A stretch of DNA of 64,000 nt from the human T2T-CHM13v2.0 reference genome, Homo sapiens: assembly GCF_009914755.1 (NCBI RefSeq), contig NC_060935.1, one strand, 5' to 3'. The translations under genes and the position numbers were made by a program. Within the stretch, counting starts at the first letter, position 1; each line of letters begins with the position of its first letter. The notes beneath the pieces were generated by a model. The model saw nothing but the letters and a program-made list of their open reading frames with translations. It was not told the DNA's origin and made no database searches. This document shows, one piece after another, positions 39,101 to 55,929 of this stretch.

Positions 39101-42100
39101 GTGTTCATTAGTACTCTCTGATGGTTACTTTTATTCCTGTGGGGTCGGTATTTCTGTGTAACATTCCCTTTCTCATTTCTGATTGTGTTTACATGAATCA
39201 TCTCTCTTTTCTTCTTTATTAGTCTAGCTATTGGCCTATGTACATCATTAATTTTTTCAAAAAACAAACTCCTGGATTCGTTGATCTTTTGAATGATTTG
39301 TTATCTCTCGTTCTTCAGTTTACCTCTGGTTTTGGTTATTTCTTGTCTTCTGCTAGCTTTGGGGTTGGTTTACTCTTGCTTCTCTAGTTCTTTTAGTTGT
39401 GATGTTAGGTTGTTAATTTGGGATCTTTCTAACTTATTGATGTGGGCATTTAGTGCTATAAATTTCCCTTCTAACACTGCCTGAGCTGTGTCCCAGATAT
39501 TCTGACATGTTGTATCTTTGTTCTCAGTAGTTTCAAAGAACTTCCTGATATCTGCGTTAATTTCACTTACCTAAAAGTCACTCAGGAAAATGGTTGTTTA
39601 ATTTTCATGTAATTGCATGGTTTTGAGCAATTTTTTAAGTCTTCATTTTTATTTTTATTGTGCTATGACCCAAGAGTGTGTTTGGTATCATTTTGGTTCT
39701 TATGCATTTGCTGAGGGTTGTTATGTCAGTGGGGTGGTCGATTTTAAAGTATGTGCCATATAGTGATGAGAAGAATGTACATTCTGTTGTTTTGGGGTGG
39801 AGAGTTCTGTAAAGATCTGTCAGATCCATTTGGTCCAATGTTGAGTTCAGGTCCTGAATATCTTTGTTAATTTTCTGCCTTAATGATCTAATACTGTCAG
39901 GGTAGTGTTAAAGACTCCCACTATTATTGTATGGGAGTTGAAGTCTCTTTGTAGGTCTCTAAGAACTTGCTTTATGAATCTGGGCGCTCCTATTTTGGGT
40001 GCATAAATATTTAGGATATTTAGGTCTTGTGGAATTGAATTCTTTACCATTATGTAATGTACTTCTTTGTCTTTTTTGATCCGGATATGAAATGCTTGGT
40101 TGAAGATATTTTTCTTTAAGAATGTGAATACAGGCCCCAATCTCTTCTGGCTTGCAGGGTTTCTGCTGAAAGGTTCACTGTTGGCCTGATGGAGTTCCCT
40201 TTGTAGGTGACCTGCCCTTTCTCCCTAGCTGCCTTTAACATTCTTTCATTTCAACCTTGGAAAATCTGATGATTATGTTTCTTGGAGATGGTCTTGTGTA
40301 GAATCTTTCAGGTGTTCTCAGTATTTCCTGCATTTGACTATTGGTCTCTCTAGCAAGGTTGGGGAGATTTTCATGGACAATACCCTGAAATATGTTTTCC
40401 TCATCCCTTTTAGGGATTCCAGTGATTCATAGATTTGGTCTCTTGACATAATCCCACATTTATCAGAGGTTTTGTTCACTCTTTTTTATTCTTTGTTCTT
40501 TACTTTTGTCTGACTGTCTTCTTTAAGTCTTCAGGTTCTGACATCCTTTTCTCAGCTTGGTCTGTTCTACTGTTAATACTTGCTGCTGCATTGTGAAATT
40601 ATTGCAGTGTTTTTTTCAGCTCTATTAGATCAGTTAGGTTCTTTTTTACACCAGCTCTTTCACCTGTTAACTTCTGTATCATTTTATTATGATTCTTAGT
40701 TTCCTGGATTGGGTTTTGCCATTCTCCTAAATCTTGATGATCTTTGTTCTTGTTCATATTCTAAATTCTATTTCTGTCATTTCAGTCAACTCAACCTGGT
40801 TAACAACCCTTGTTGGAGAACTAGTTTAGTTGTTTGAGAGGTAAAACACCCTGACCACTTGAGTTGCTAGAGTTCTTGCATTGGTTCTTTCTTATGTGTG
40901 TGTGTGATTTTTCCTTTAACTGCTAGGCTGCCTCTGATTGCAATGGTCATGTGGGGGCAGGGAGGTTGTGCTGAAGTCCCAGGTCAGGCAGTCCTGTTCA
41001 GTGAGGAGAAGCGAGGACTGGGATCTGCATTGAGAACAGTCTGACCACTTTTCCAGTAGATGGGTGCTCTGTGCTGAGGGACCAGACCAGCCACTGTTCC
41101 CGTGGATTCTCCAGAACTGGAGACAGCAAGGGCTAGTGCTGTGAGAGAGCAAAGATGGTAACCTGCCCCTCACACCAGGAGCTTTGTCCCAGGGAGTTAC
41201 AGAGCTGCTACTGGCTCAAAAGTCCCAGCAGGGGGTGGACCCAGTGAGGAGATACTGGATCAGGGACCCACATAACCAACAGTCTGGCCATTTTTCCATA
41301 AGTCTGCTCCAATATGTTTGAGGGTCTGCTCCAGTCTCTAATCACCTCCAATTTTCCAGTACCTGAAGGTATCAACAGTGAAGCCTGCAAAACAGTAAAG
41401 ATGGTGGCCTGCCCCTCCCTCTGGCAGCTCCATCCTAGGGAGGTATGGACCTGCTGCCAGCCCCAACACACTGGCAGGGGTGGCTGGGGACCTTGGTCAG
41501 GAGGTCCTACCCAGTGAGGAGGAGTAGGATTGGGGACCTGCATAACAAAGCAGTCTGGCCACTTCTTCATAGTGCTGGGTTGGGGGTCCACTCCAGCCTC
41601 TTGTTGCCTTGCACTCTCCAAAACTCGAAGGCAACAATAGCTAAGACTGTGAAAGAACAAAGATGGCAGTCCTCCCCTCTCTCTGGGAGTTCTGTCTCAG
41701 GGAGCTTTGGAACAGTTGCTGACTGGAAAACACTGGCAGGGGTGGTTATAGACCTCAGTTAGGAGATTCGTCCGGTGGTGGAAAAAGCAGTCTGGTTGCT
41801 TCTTTGTAGAACTGCTCCAGTATTCCGGGGGACAGCTTCAGTCCCTAATCACCTTGGATTCCCCAGAGCCAGAGGGCATCAACAGCTAAGTCTGCCAAAC
41901 AGCAAAGATAGCAGCCTACCCCTCCCTCTGGGAGCTCCGTCTCAGGGAGGTGTAACAGTGATACCTGTGGCAGGCTGGGGTTCCAAGCCAGTGGGTCTTA
42001 TCCTGCGAGGTGCTGTGAAAGAAGGGCCTGCAGACCATCACTGCTCAGCCCCCTGGACTCAGCTTCTTTCCTAGGGGTATGTACAAGGGTCTAACCTCCC

Positions 42101-42680
42101 ACTTTGCTGGAGTTGCAGCCACTTTTGCCAGGAAGCCTGGGCATCAAAAGTTCCTGGGGCTCCACGTGTGCCCAAGTGGCTGCTCTGCCGAGACTCCACA
42201 TAGCTCTGCCTGTCAGAATGAAGGCCCTGTTGGAGTGGGTTCACAAGGGGATCTTCTAACCTGAGGGTTGCAAATATCCATGAGAGAAGAGTGGGTCCCC
42301 AAGGTCACACATTCACTCACTGCTTCCCTGAGAGTAGGAGGCTCCCCTGGCTCTGTGTCACTCAGGGGTGGGTAGTCAGATAGTCATCCTGTCTTGATTT
42401 TCTCCATTCTCCATTGGTCAGCTTGTTTTCTTGATGAATCTCAATGCACATACCTGGGTACTTCAGTTGTAGGTGCTGTATTTATTACCCCTTCTATTTC
42501 TTTCCACGAGAGTGGGCACACTAGCTGATTCTAATTGGCTGTCTTGGCCAGCCCCTCCATAGGTAGTTTTTCAACCCACATCTTTCTCCACCCCTTTAGT
42601 AGTCTGCAGTGTCTATTCTTCCCATGTTTATGTTCATGTATGCTCAGTGTTTAGCTCCCACTTATAAGTGAGAACATACA
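36160..42680 (-). mobile_element. L1PB-like 3' end split in two (36160-36298 and 42559-42680) by a nested L1
   Basis: The halves rejoin as acccaataggtag.ttttcaaccc...gtttagctcccacttataagtgagaaca. Confidence 0.8.
36299..42558 (-). mobile_element. Near full-length older primate L1 (L1PA13-16/L1PREC2-like), degenerate, with ~0.5-kb internal deletion
   Basis: 5' end ggaggggctggccaaga..; minus-strand ORF1/ORF2 peptide remnants; TSD ataggtag(c/t)tttt at 36286-36298 and 42559-42571. Confidence 0.88.
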
Positions 42681-43299
42681 TAAGTCTGATTTAAACACAT
42701 ACACACACGTAACTCATGTATGAGTATTATCACAAAAATCCTAATAAAATATTGGGAATTAGAATTTAACATATTTAAAACAATTAATCAAGACAAAGTA
42801 TGTTTTGTTTTTGATTTCTGGGAATGAAAAGAGGATTTAATTTTAGAAAATCCATTAATGGAATTCAACATATTAAGATAGCTAAGGAATAAAATTATAT
42901 AAACTTTGAAAAAATTCAACACACTATTGAACAAAAAAATAATAAACTGGAAAGTGAGTAGTACATTCTTAACTTGAAAAAATATTTATACCTCAGTGCT
43001 AAAGCCAGTATTTTACTCAATTGTTTAAAATAATCCAATTGATTATTTATAATTTCAATACAGTGGGAAAGAAACTCGCATTTACAATAGCCAAAAGAGA
43101 GTGGGAGCTAACCAATATGCAAAACTTATATAAAGGAAAGTTTTTAAAACACCTGACCAAAAGCATGAACTATAAAACAATCACAGGATAGATTTTGTCA
43201 AAATTAAGAACTTCTGCTTTTTAGAAGACACTAGTAAGATAATGAAAATATAGGCTACAGACTAAGAGAAAATATTTACAGGTCACCTAGCTGACAGCA

Positions 43300-44535
<1,236 letters not shown>

Positions 44536-45133
44536 AAACTTTTAACTCCGAAAAGTCTGGGATAGATCTGTATGTGTTGAGATGGAAAAAATACCTAAGA
44601 CATAATATATAATGTGACAAACTATAATTTCATTTTTGTAAGAAAACTATTTTTATACATAGTTACATATATGAATACATAGACAAAGACCAATAAACTG
44701 ATAACATTCATTTCATTTAGAGAAGAGACTGGAATTTAAGAATCAGAGTAAAACAAATTTTAATTTTTAATTTTATTTACTTCTATAATTTAAAACCTTT
44801 TAAAATGAGAACATTTTATGTAATTTGCTTGTATAAAATACTTAAATATCCTCAAAGTGAATAAATAAAGGCACCAACCACAAAACCTGACATGTAATAG
44901 GCACGCCACAATAAAAAGTCCCTTTGCCTCATGTGGTGTGAAGTCCAAACACAACACTGGGTGTGGGCGGAGGGCGGGGGTGGTTCATGGTTTTATTCAC
45001 ATTATACAGACAGCATACATAGCCAACATCTCAACTCAGGTGTCAATAAGAAACTTTTTAGGGAGTGATTCACGATCAAGCAGCTTTGTACAATTTACCA
45101 TATGTATTCGTCTGTTTTCACATTGATAAGGTA

Positions 45134-45200
45134 TTTCTTTATAAATTATTCAGTCTCAGGTAATAATGAACTACCTGAGACTGGATAATTTATAAAGAAA
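45134..45200. repeat. 29-bp inverted repeat with 9-nt loop; the right arm is MST/MaLR LTR sequence (fragment to ~45219)
   Basis: tttctttataaattattcagtctcaggta / tacctgagactggataatttataaagaaa, 28 of 29 positions complementary. Confidence 0.92.
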
Positions 45201-45924
45201 AGTATTTATTTGGCTCATGTGTCATAGAGCTTGCATTCTAGGGAGGTATACAGAAATAAAACAAAATATATAATATGAATGACAGGGGGTGTTTAGGAAA
45301 AAATAAGCAAAAGAGTAGTGTTAAAAGCTAAATTCTTTTTAAATGATGGGAAATGACCTGGAACTGGTAAACGAAAATGACAGTAATAAAGAAGACTAGA
45401 AGAATAGTTTAATGACAGGAATTTGAATACTGATTTTTAGAGAGGAAACATGAAGAATGAACTGAGACAGGCAATTAGGTACAATAAGGATATCTACTCC
45501 ACCTCAAGTAAAGTTGATAAGAAGTTGTGGAAGAGAAAAGAGCCTCCACTGGAGGCGGCTGCAAGAGAAGCAGTGTCACTGTGGGGATATGGTGCAGTGC
45601 CAGGTTTGGGTAAAATTATGGAGGGAAATGGGTGATCCACAGAAAAATCTAAGGAGGATATTAAGTGGATTTTCTGATGTTTTATGTGAGTTCCCAGGGA
45701 CATAGTGAGAGAGTCTGAGTGGGAGATGTTGGAAATGAGAGTGTCCAGAGACACTGAGGTTTAGAGTGCCAAGGGAGAGGAGTGACCTGGGATTGACATT
45801 ATGGGATGAAGAGGAATGGAGACAGGGAAGTGGAGCCATTCTTTCCTGGTTCACACAGTGTAGGGGGACTTCTGCTTTTGGAGGACTAGTTTGGTTGAAG
45901 GGCATTCTGACTTCTGGCAGATGA

Positions 45925-46307
<383 letters not shown>

Positions 46308-46771
46308 TGCTGCCCAGTTTTTATACTATGTTATGCTATCTCTTTCCAGCCTCTAAGTCACTGTTAGGACATTATGTATGTGTTTAAGGGAGAGGAGGGC
46401 GTAGAAAGAAGGGCCCCATTTAGTAATTTCAATGTTTATATATTAGGTTTTATGTATTTTGCTATTTGAAAGCCTAAATCATAAGGTTTATTCAAAGAGT
46501 ATCCAAATAATTGTTGTCATAATTCCCCAAATGAACTTAAACATCAGTTTCTTTTTTCACAGAACTTTTAAAGGAGTGGTGAAAGCTCAAACAGGAAACA
46601 GAGATGTTTATGTCTCAAAACTATTTAACAAAAATCTCAAACACTCTTCTTGACAAAACATAAACAAGACTAACTCAATTATTTCTAATATCTAAGTGGC
46701 ACTTTTCAATAGTTCATTCCTGAAACAGGTATCACAAGAATTAAAACTTTTTATTGACCTCTACTGATTGA

Positions 46772-47299
<528 letters not shown>

Positions 47300-47660
47300 T
47301 AACATTCCTGGCGAGAACTTATAACCAGTATTCAAATAGAAAATGTCATCAGTAATAAACTGTTTTCTAAAAATAAAGGCTGAAGACTTTACAACTGACA
47401 ATAAAGCATTGAAGATTTGGTGGCATAAAGATTTAGTTGGACAAGTGTTGGCAACCCAAGGCTGGTGTGCAAGGGCTGAATTTTAGAGACATACCAGCAA
47501 GGTGCCACACAAAGAAACGCTGTGGCTACCCTTAGGCACTCTTCTACACACATTTGCCCACTAAGACACACACTATCCCTTTAGACAACTCCCTTTTATA
47601 AGAGTTAAGAATTTAAATACAACCAAGCTCCCTGTTGTGCAGTGGATAGGGTATGTTTTT

Positions 47661-47954
47661 CTTGTTCTTTTTTTAGAGATGGAGTCTTGCTCTGTCGCCC
47701 AGGCTGGAGTGCAGTGGGACGATGTCGGCTCACTGTAACGTCTGCCTCCCGGGTTCAAGTGATTCTCTTGCCTCAGCCTCCTGAGTACTGGGATTACAGG
47801 CACACACCACCATGCCTGGCTAATTTTTGTATTTTTAGTAGAGACTGGGTTTCATCATGTTTGTCAGGTTGGTCTCAAACTCCTGACCTTGTGATCCACC
47901 TGCCTCGGCCTCCCAAAGTCCTGGGATTACAGGTGTGAGCCACTGCACCCAGCC
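47661..47954 (-). mobile_element. AluSg-like element
   Basis: Full dimer; TSD atgttttt at 47653-47660 and 47955-47962. Confidence 0.9.
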
Positions 47955-48161
47955 ATGTTTTTATTTTTCAATCCTTTTGTTGCTTTTTCTTATAAGAATG
48001 CAGTCCCTTATGATTCCATATGGTTGCTTCTTTTTCTGGATAACTAAAAAATATCAAAATTATTGTTTCAATACTATTGTGAAATCACTACATATTGTAG
48101 TTAGCTTACAAATATGTCTACTATGTAAAGTGGCAAACTGTTCAAGAAGATGAAGATATTA

Positions 48162-48536
<375 letters not shown>

Positions 48537-48588
48537 TCATTAAGTTAAGAAATTTCATCATGTTTGGCCATCATTTGTCCATCTATAA

Positions 48589-48879
<291 letters not shown>

Positions 48880-49420
48880 TAAGAAATGTATAGTTTGGAA
48901 TTCAAATATATAGGAGGATTTATGATGAGCAACAGTCTCATAATAACAAATAACAATTTTTGCCATTATTCTGAAAATTTCAATTTTTTAAGAACATATA
49001 GTCTACTATTTCAAGATCTATAACATTTTGACACTCAGAATTTAGAATGTTAGTAACACTCAGAGATTCTATCCTGGCCCATCATTAGTGGATACTATAA
49101 ATTTTATTTATTTTTCCTATAACAGTGACAAGTTTACTCAATCTCCTTTTTTGCCTTTTGATGTTGTCACATAAGATTTGCTTCAGTTGAGCAAGCTTTG
49201 CATTCAAATCTGTAGCTTGCCCATAAACAATTCTTTTGAATTGGGTTTTCATTTTCATGAATTAAATAGAAATAAAATAAAGCCAGAATTAATCAAAAAG
49301 TGATACTAATGTGCCAACACTTATTTTGCAACCTCAGTGCCTTAACACATAACCTGAAGAAATGAAGCCCTGAGTTTTCAGTAGTAGATACATCGGTGGC
49401 CAGGCCTCAGTGCCTACATA

Positions 49421-49590
49421 AGGAGTTCTCAACTCTGGTTACACATTCAGATCACTGGAGGGCTTTTCAAAACTCCTGGATCACAGTTCCAGAAAATCAG
49501 TTTTAATTGGTCTGAGGAGTGAAATTAGTATACGTACTTTTAACAAACTGCCCAGTAAACATTTAATATGGCCAGGATAAAGAATTTCTG
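49421..49590. mobile_element. MER5-family hAT MITE
   Basis: gttctcaactctggttacacatt.gatcactggagggctttt...taattggtctg. Confidence 0.6.
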
Positions 49591-49893
49591 GCCTAAAAAC
49601 TGTATCTTGGTTTTTCTCTACAGGCATTGTTAAATCACTCGTCATAACTTTTAAAACTATGAATTTTGGTATTTATAATAGCATTCTGAATGACTGCAAA
49701 TTAGTCACATTTCTTATAATAATTTTTGTTTTATGTGTGGCACAGAAACAGTGCTGGCTTATTAAGTTTTTTAATTAAAGCCAGCAACCAGCAGGTTCAT
49801 TTCATATACAGAATCAAAAAGAGCATCTCATCAGAAAAAAATTCACTCAGAATACAAAGGCCTTTCCTGTAGTAATTAATTCTGAAGATTACT

Positions 49894-50114
49894 ACAAGCT
49901 GAGAAATTTTATCCAAAATTCTTGAGACCAGAAGTATTTCAGATTTCAATTTTTTTGATTTTAGAATATTTGTATTATATACTTACTCGCTGAGCATCCC
50001 AAATCTGAAAATCTGAAATCTGAAGTGCTCCAGTGAGCATTTCCATTGAGCATCATTTCAACACTCAAAAAGTTTCAGATTTTGGAGCATTTTGGATTTG
50101 GGAAGCTGAAACTA
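49894..50114. mobile_element. Tigger-derived MITE (MER46A/Tigger4a-like)
   Basis: TA flanks; tgagcatcccaaatctgaaaatctgaaatctgaagtgctcc...ttttggagcattttggattt. Confidence 0.7.
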
Positions 50115-50651
50115 TATTATCAGTTATTTTCTAATTTAAAAAATAAGAACAAAAAACAAACCTGAAGTTTTTCTTGTCCAAAATATCCATACAGGTGGGA
50201 AAGTTTGCAAAGCACCCTTTACTAACCTGTCCTCCAAATTAGAACCAATGTATAGTTTAACAATCACCCTATTAAAAAACCTTCCATTTAATTCCTTGCA
50301 TTTTATTTTTGATGGCTTGCCATTCCAAATATTAAAAAGCACTTTCTCTGAATGCTTAACATAATTGGATGCTCGTAACTTTATGATTCTTTTCTCATCA
50401 CTTTTGTGTGTCTCGGTTATTTGTTCCAGCTGACCTGTGTTTATATCTCTCCAGGCACTGTATCTCGTATTCACTATTTTAGCATCCCCCAGCATCAATC
50501 TGTCATTTATTCAAGTTAGAAAGACATCACAGCTTCTGCAGTTAAAATACATACAAATGATGAGGTGTTTGCCTTTATAATGAAGGTGAGGTACAGTCTC
50601 CAGCTAACTGTGTAGTATCACTAAGCATTTCAGGAATCCAACTGGATGTAA

Positions 50652-51061
<410 letters not shown>

Positions 51062-51778
51062 TGACTGTTTTAATCATCTTTGAAAAGAAATCAAGTAAAA
51101 TAATGTCAAATATACCAAGAGTACAGTTAAATAAAGCATGAGTAAACATTTTGGCAATACATGTTCTCTTTTAAATACAAAGCAGTTACATTCTCTAAGT
51201 TTGCCTTTAGCGTGCAGAGTACCAGGTTCCTGCATTGGGCTGATTATTGCATGGGAATTTCCTGACTAATGCATCTTATTAATGGCTTTTTTACAGTTAA
51301 CCACTTTGAGCTGCCCCATGAGAATATTAATGCTGAGGCAGACTTAACTGCATGTGGTCAGTGTTTCACTGAGGATTGATATTTCTCATTGTTCCAAACG
51401 AGAACCATGAAGGAAAAAATATTAATGGCTTTGTTGATTCAGAGAAGGACATTTCTACTAAGGCTCCCTAACAGGATGGGTACATATCATGAAAAAAATG
51501 TTATTTTTCCAGCCAGCCATTGGTCAAATCTTTATTCTTATATCCACTAGCTGTGTAACTGTAGTATATTATTTAACCTCTCTGAGCTTTAGTGATTTCA
51601 CTAGTAAATTGGGATCAATGAGCCATTCTTAGTAGGACTTGAAGTAAATAAAAAGGTATAACTTCATCATAGCTCCTAGCACATCATGGGGGTTCAACAA
51701 ATATTTGTTCATTGCTTTATTCAGTCACTCACTAAGCTTATCTTTCACTCCAAATTCTGCTGGGCCCAGAGAGATCTA

Positions 51779-52135
<357 letters not shown>

Positions 52136-52906
52136 TTATGGCATAATGATGGCACGATGGATAAACAATAATTTACTGGACTCCTTATTATTATACACTT
52201 TACCTGTCTTATCTCACTTAATTTTCATAACAACCCTTTTAGTTAGGTAGCACTTTTTTACAGATGAGGAAGCTTATTCACCAAGAGAGAAAATAATTTG
52301 CCAAATGTCACATAGCTAGCCAATGGAGAGCTGAGATTTCAACCAAGGAAGGCTTGATCTCTAACCTTCTCTTTTAATCACCACACTAGCCACAAAGGCC
52401 TTAAGGTAAAAAGTGGTTAGTGATTTCCAAAGACACTAGTTCTGTAAGATGTTAGTAAGTTTCAGGCAGAAAGTACAAGGTGAAGATAAAGCTGCATGTT
52501 AAAATATATTTGGGTAATGATTAGTTAGAAAGCTAATTGAGTCCAAAATGAGTTTGATTTTTTTTTTGTTTTCTTCTTCATTTTTTTATTGACATCACAT
52601 AACCTTTAATTCTGTTTTACATAAAGCAGCTCACAAAGCCAGAGCAGCATCCCATATATCCCCACACACTCACAGAATTATTCTCAAAAGTGCTGACCCT
52701 TGTAGCAGTGAATTTGAAATCCTGGTGTGGCAATAATTTTCTTTATTAATCTTGGAAGCCCCACTACCATTGCCTACGTTTTTTTCTTCTCAGTATGCTG
52801 GAAAATGACAAGGACACAGTAATCCACGTTAACAAGTGCCTGATGCTTGATTCTTCCCATGCCCATGTGGCTATAAACTCAGGTAACTTAGAAATGAAAT
52901 ATTTTA

Positions 52907-53224
<318 letters not shown>

Positions 53225-53669
53225 TCACTAAGACCAGCATAATTTGAGTCCAACCAACCCAAACACACATCTGTCTAATCTTGTTATGAAATCAACATTT
53301 TGCTAATGTTATAAAATGACTTCCTCAGGAATGGGTTCATATTAGAGTTCTGAAACATTTATTTGCTTTCTACAAACATAATAGTTTAGCTCAGTGGAAT
53401 ACTCATTGGTCTATTTCTTTAAATAGTTATGGTCAAAGGAGTACATGGTGATTTTGCTTTCATTCTATAACTTTCATTCTATAGATAATATCCACTAATT
53501 CCCATTATTTTTTCCTAGAAGCATTTTATATGAAGATGGCATAAGAAATAACTTTCTTCTAATATTCCTAAGCTACTTAAGATTACAGAAATGAGGGAAT
53601 TACACTGAAGGAACATATTTTTCAGTTATGACAGTCTCAGTCACTGTAAATCTTGTCAATTGTTTATTG

Positions 53670-54330
53670 AACACATAAGGTCCTCTTGCCTCAATTTTCA
53701 AAATATATTCAGAATCTGACTACTGCTTACCACATTCACTGCTGCTCCTGGGTCCGTCTGCTACCTTCTGTTGGTACGCTGGTACAATAACTTCCGAACA
53801 GATCTCCCTGCTCAAAATCTTGCCTCCTTATAGATGATTTTCCACACAGGACTCACAGAAAGCTTTAATAAAAGGAAGATTAAATCCCATCATTTCTGTG
53901 CTCCTGTCTCTCCAGGTTTCCCATTACATTTAAAACACAAACTCACTCTGGTATTCAGAGACCTCACAGAATCTGGGTCTGGTCTCTCTAGGCCATTTCC
54001 TGATGCTTCCCTTTTCTCACGAGCTGCAGACAGCTCAACCATCTTGTGTTCCTTGTTCACAATAAATATGTGCTTATCCTAGGGCTCTACACTGAAATAA
54101 GCTAGGTTCACATCAGACTTACTTTCTGTCTCCTAATCTTGATGGATTTTTCTTCATAATACTTATTACCTAAAGTTATTTATTTAGGTTATTCACCCCA
54201 ATTCTGTGTTTCCAGAAGACAGAAACTGTCAATCTTGCTGCCACCTTTAGCACCAGAATCAGGAATAGTACCTGACCCATAGTAGGTGCTTAAAGAATAC
54301 TTTTAGGATTAGGACAGACAAATGGATGAA
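53670..54330 (+). mobile_element. L2 fragment
   Basis: caaaatatattcagaatctgac... to catagtaggtgcttaaagaatac. Confidence 0.65.
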
Positions 54331-54340
54331 AGAGCATTCC

Positions 54341-54341
54341 C

Positions 54342-54407
<66 letters not shown>
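54341..54407. repeat. (CT)n(CA)n microsatellite
   Basis: Read directly from the sequence. Confidence 0.9.
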
Positions 54408-54408
<1 letters not shown>

Positions 54409-54635
54409 TCTCTTTGGAGAGTCTGCTATAGAATACACCCTTTTTTTGCTCTCTGTGATGTCATTTATCACTGTGAGTTTTCTCACTAGTTATGAGTTAG
54501 TGCTTTGTTAATTTTCTCACTGAGGACCTGATCTAAATATTATTCTCTTTTGTATTTAAATTGTGATGATAGACCTCTATATAGAGTATTTAAAGGCTTA
54601 AAACAAAACTCTTCTTAAGTAGTAGAATTGCCTTT

Positions 54636-54932
54636 TTTTTTTCTTTTGAGATGGTATTTTGCTGTTGTTGCCCAGGCTGGAGGAGTGCAGTGGCACGATC
54701 TCGGCTCACTGCAACCTCTGCCTCGGGTTCAAGCAATTCTCCTGCCTCAGCCTCCCGAGTAGCTGGGATTACAGGTGCCTACCACCACATCCGGCTAATT
54801 TTTGGTATTTTTAGTAGAGATGGGGTTTTACCATGTTGGGCAGGCTGGTCTCAAACTCCTGACCTCAGGCAATCCGCCCAGCTCAGCCTCCCAAAGCGCT
54901 GGGATTTCAGGGGTGAGCCACTGTGCCCAGCT
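54636..54932 (-). mobile_element. AluSq/Sp-like element with 14-bp TSD
   Basis: TSD gtagaattgccttt at 54622-54635 and 54933-54946. Confidence 0.92.
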
Positions 54933-55929
54933 GTAGAATTGCCTTTCTAACATCAATCTTACTGAAGTCCTCCCTAATACATAGTTGTTTAGATGCTACT
55001 TCCTTTCTATTATAGCACTTTGGATGACTGTTCACTAGACGATAGTAACTGTGACTTATGTTTGCCTTACTCATATTGCTTGGTGCAAGCTATCTACTCA
55101 CTGACTTGGGTGGATGGGTGAGGATTGGAAGAGTGCAGGGAAAGATGGTGAGTAGAAAACACTAGCACACTGACACAATGGAAAGCAGTGTATCTGCAGG
55201 ATTTGCTTCCCTGTGTTGTTCATTGAGCACAGCTCTGTCAGTACCCTCATTGCTACTGGCTAGTGGTAGTACTTTAGAACAATAGGGCTAGGGAGAAGCA
55301 GGCTAACAAAGGAACCCCAAAGAATTAATAAGTCTGGGTCCTTGTTGTTACTGTGTCCTAACCACAGAGCAAGCCATGTATGGACCATTCATGAATTTAT
55401 TCTTCACAGAAAGCTTCTGTAGGATAATTTTTAAAATCATGATATTTATTGGTGGTCAAAAGGTCCAGTTTCAGGTACCAACCCTGTCACTTACTACTTG
55501 GGTACACACCATCTTTGCCTGAGTTTTCCGATTTGAGAAATGGAGATATCAATATTAATTTCTTCTTATAAACAGAGATTGAGCAGAATTGTAGTGAAAG
55601 CTGTTGTGAGACTCAAATTAGACAATATTTGTCAGAGATCTACTCACACATTTAAAATTCTCCAGGAAGTATAGCATCGATTTTCAAATGCTGAAACAAT
55701 GCAATGTAACGGAGTAACAAAATAAAATGACATTATAGTAAAGAAGAATGACTGAGCTGGAATAATTTAGCTATTAAAATTTTACTCCCAGAGATAGCTG
55801 TAAGGTTTATGTTGTGATCATAATAGTCTGCTATATTATATTGGTCAGTTCCTTTAAGTTTTGAACTGATGCTTACATGCAAACAAAATTTATAAGACAG
55901 TGCATTCCCACTTGAGTCAGCATAAGTTT

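Larger units (their letters stand above)
33020..43030 (+). mobile_element. Ancient L1M ORF1-ORF2 remnant, fragmented by later insertions (pieces ~33020-33570, 34400-34840, 35260-35870, 36100-36160, 42700-43030)
   Basis: Degenerate L1 motifs in collinear order (aaatgtaaatggattt, aacaagacaaagaagg, aatcaatgaaatagacaaacc, caaaaatcctaataaaata). Confidence 0.6.

Noticed and set aside
41208-42264. GC-richer stretch with many ORFs, resembling a gene or CpG island
   Set aside because: It is the 5'UTR of the minus-strand old L1 and is CpG-depleted.
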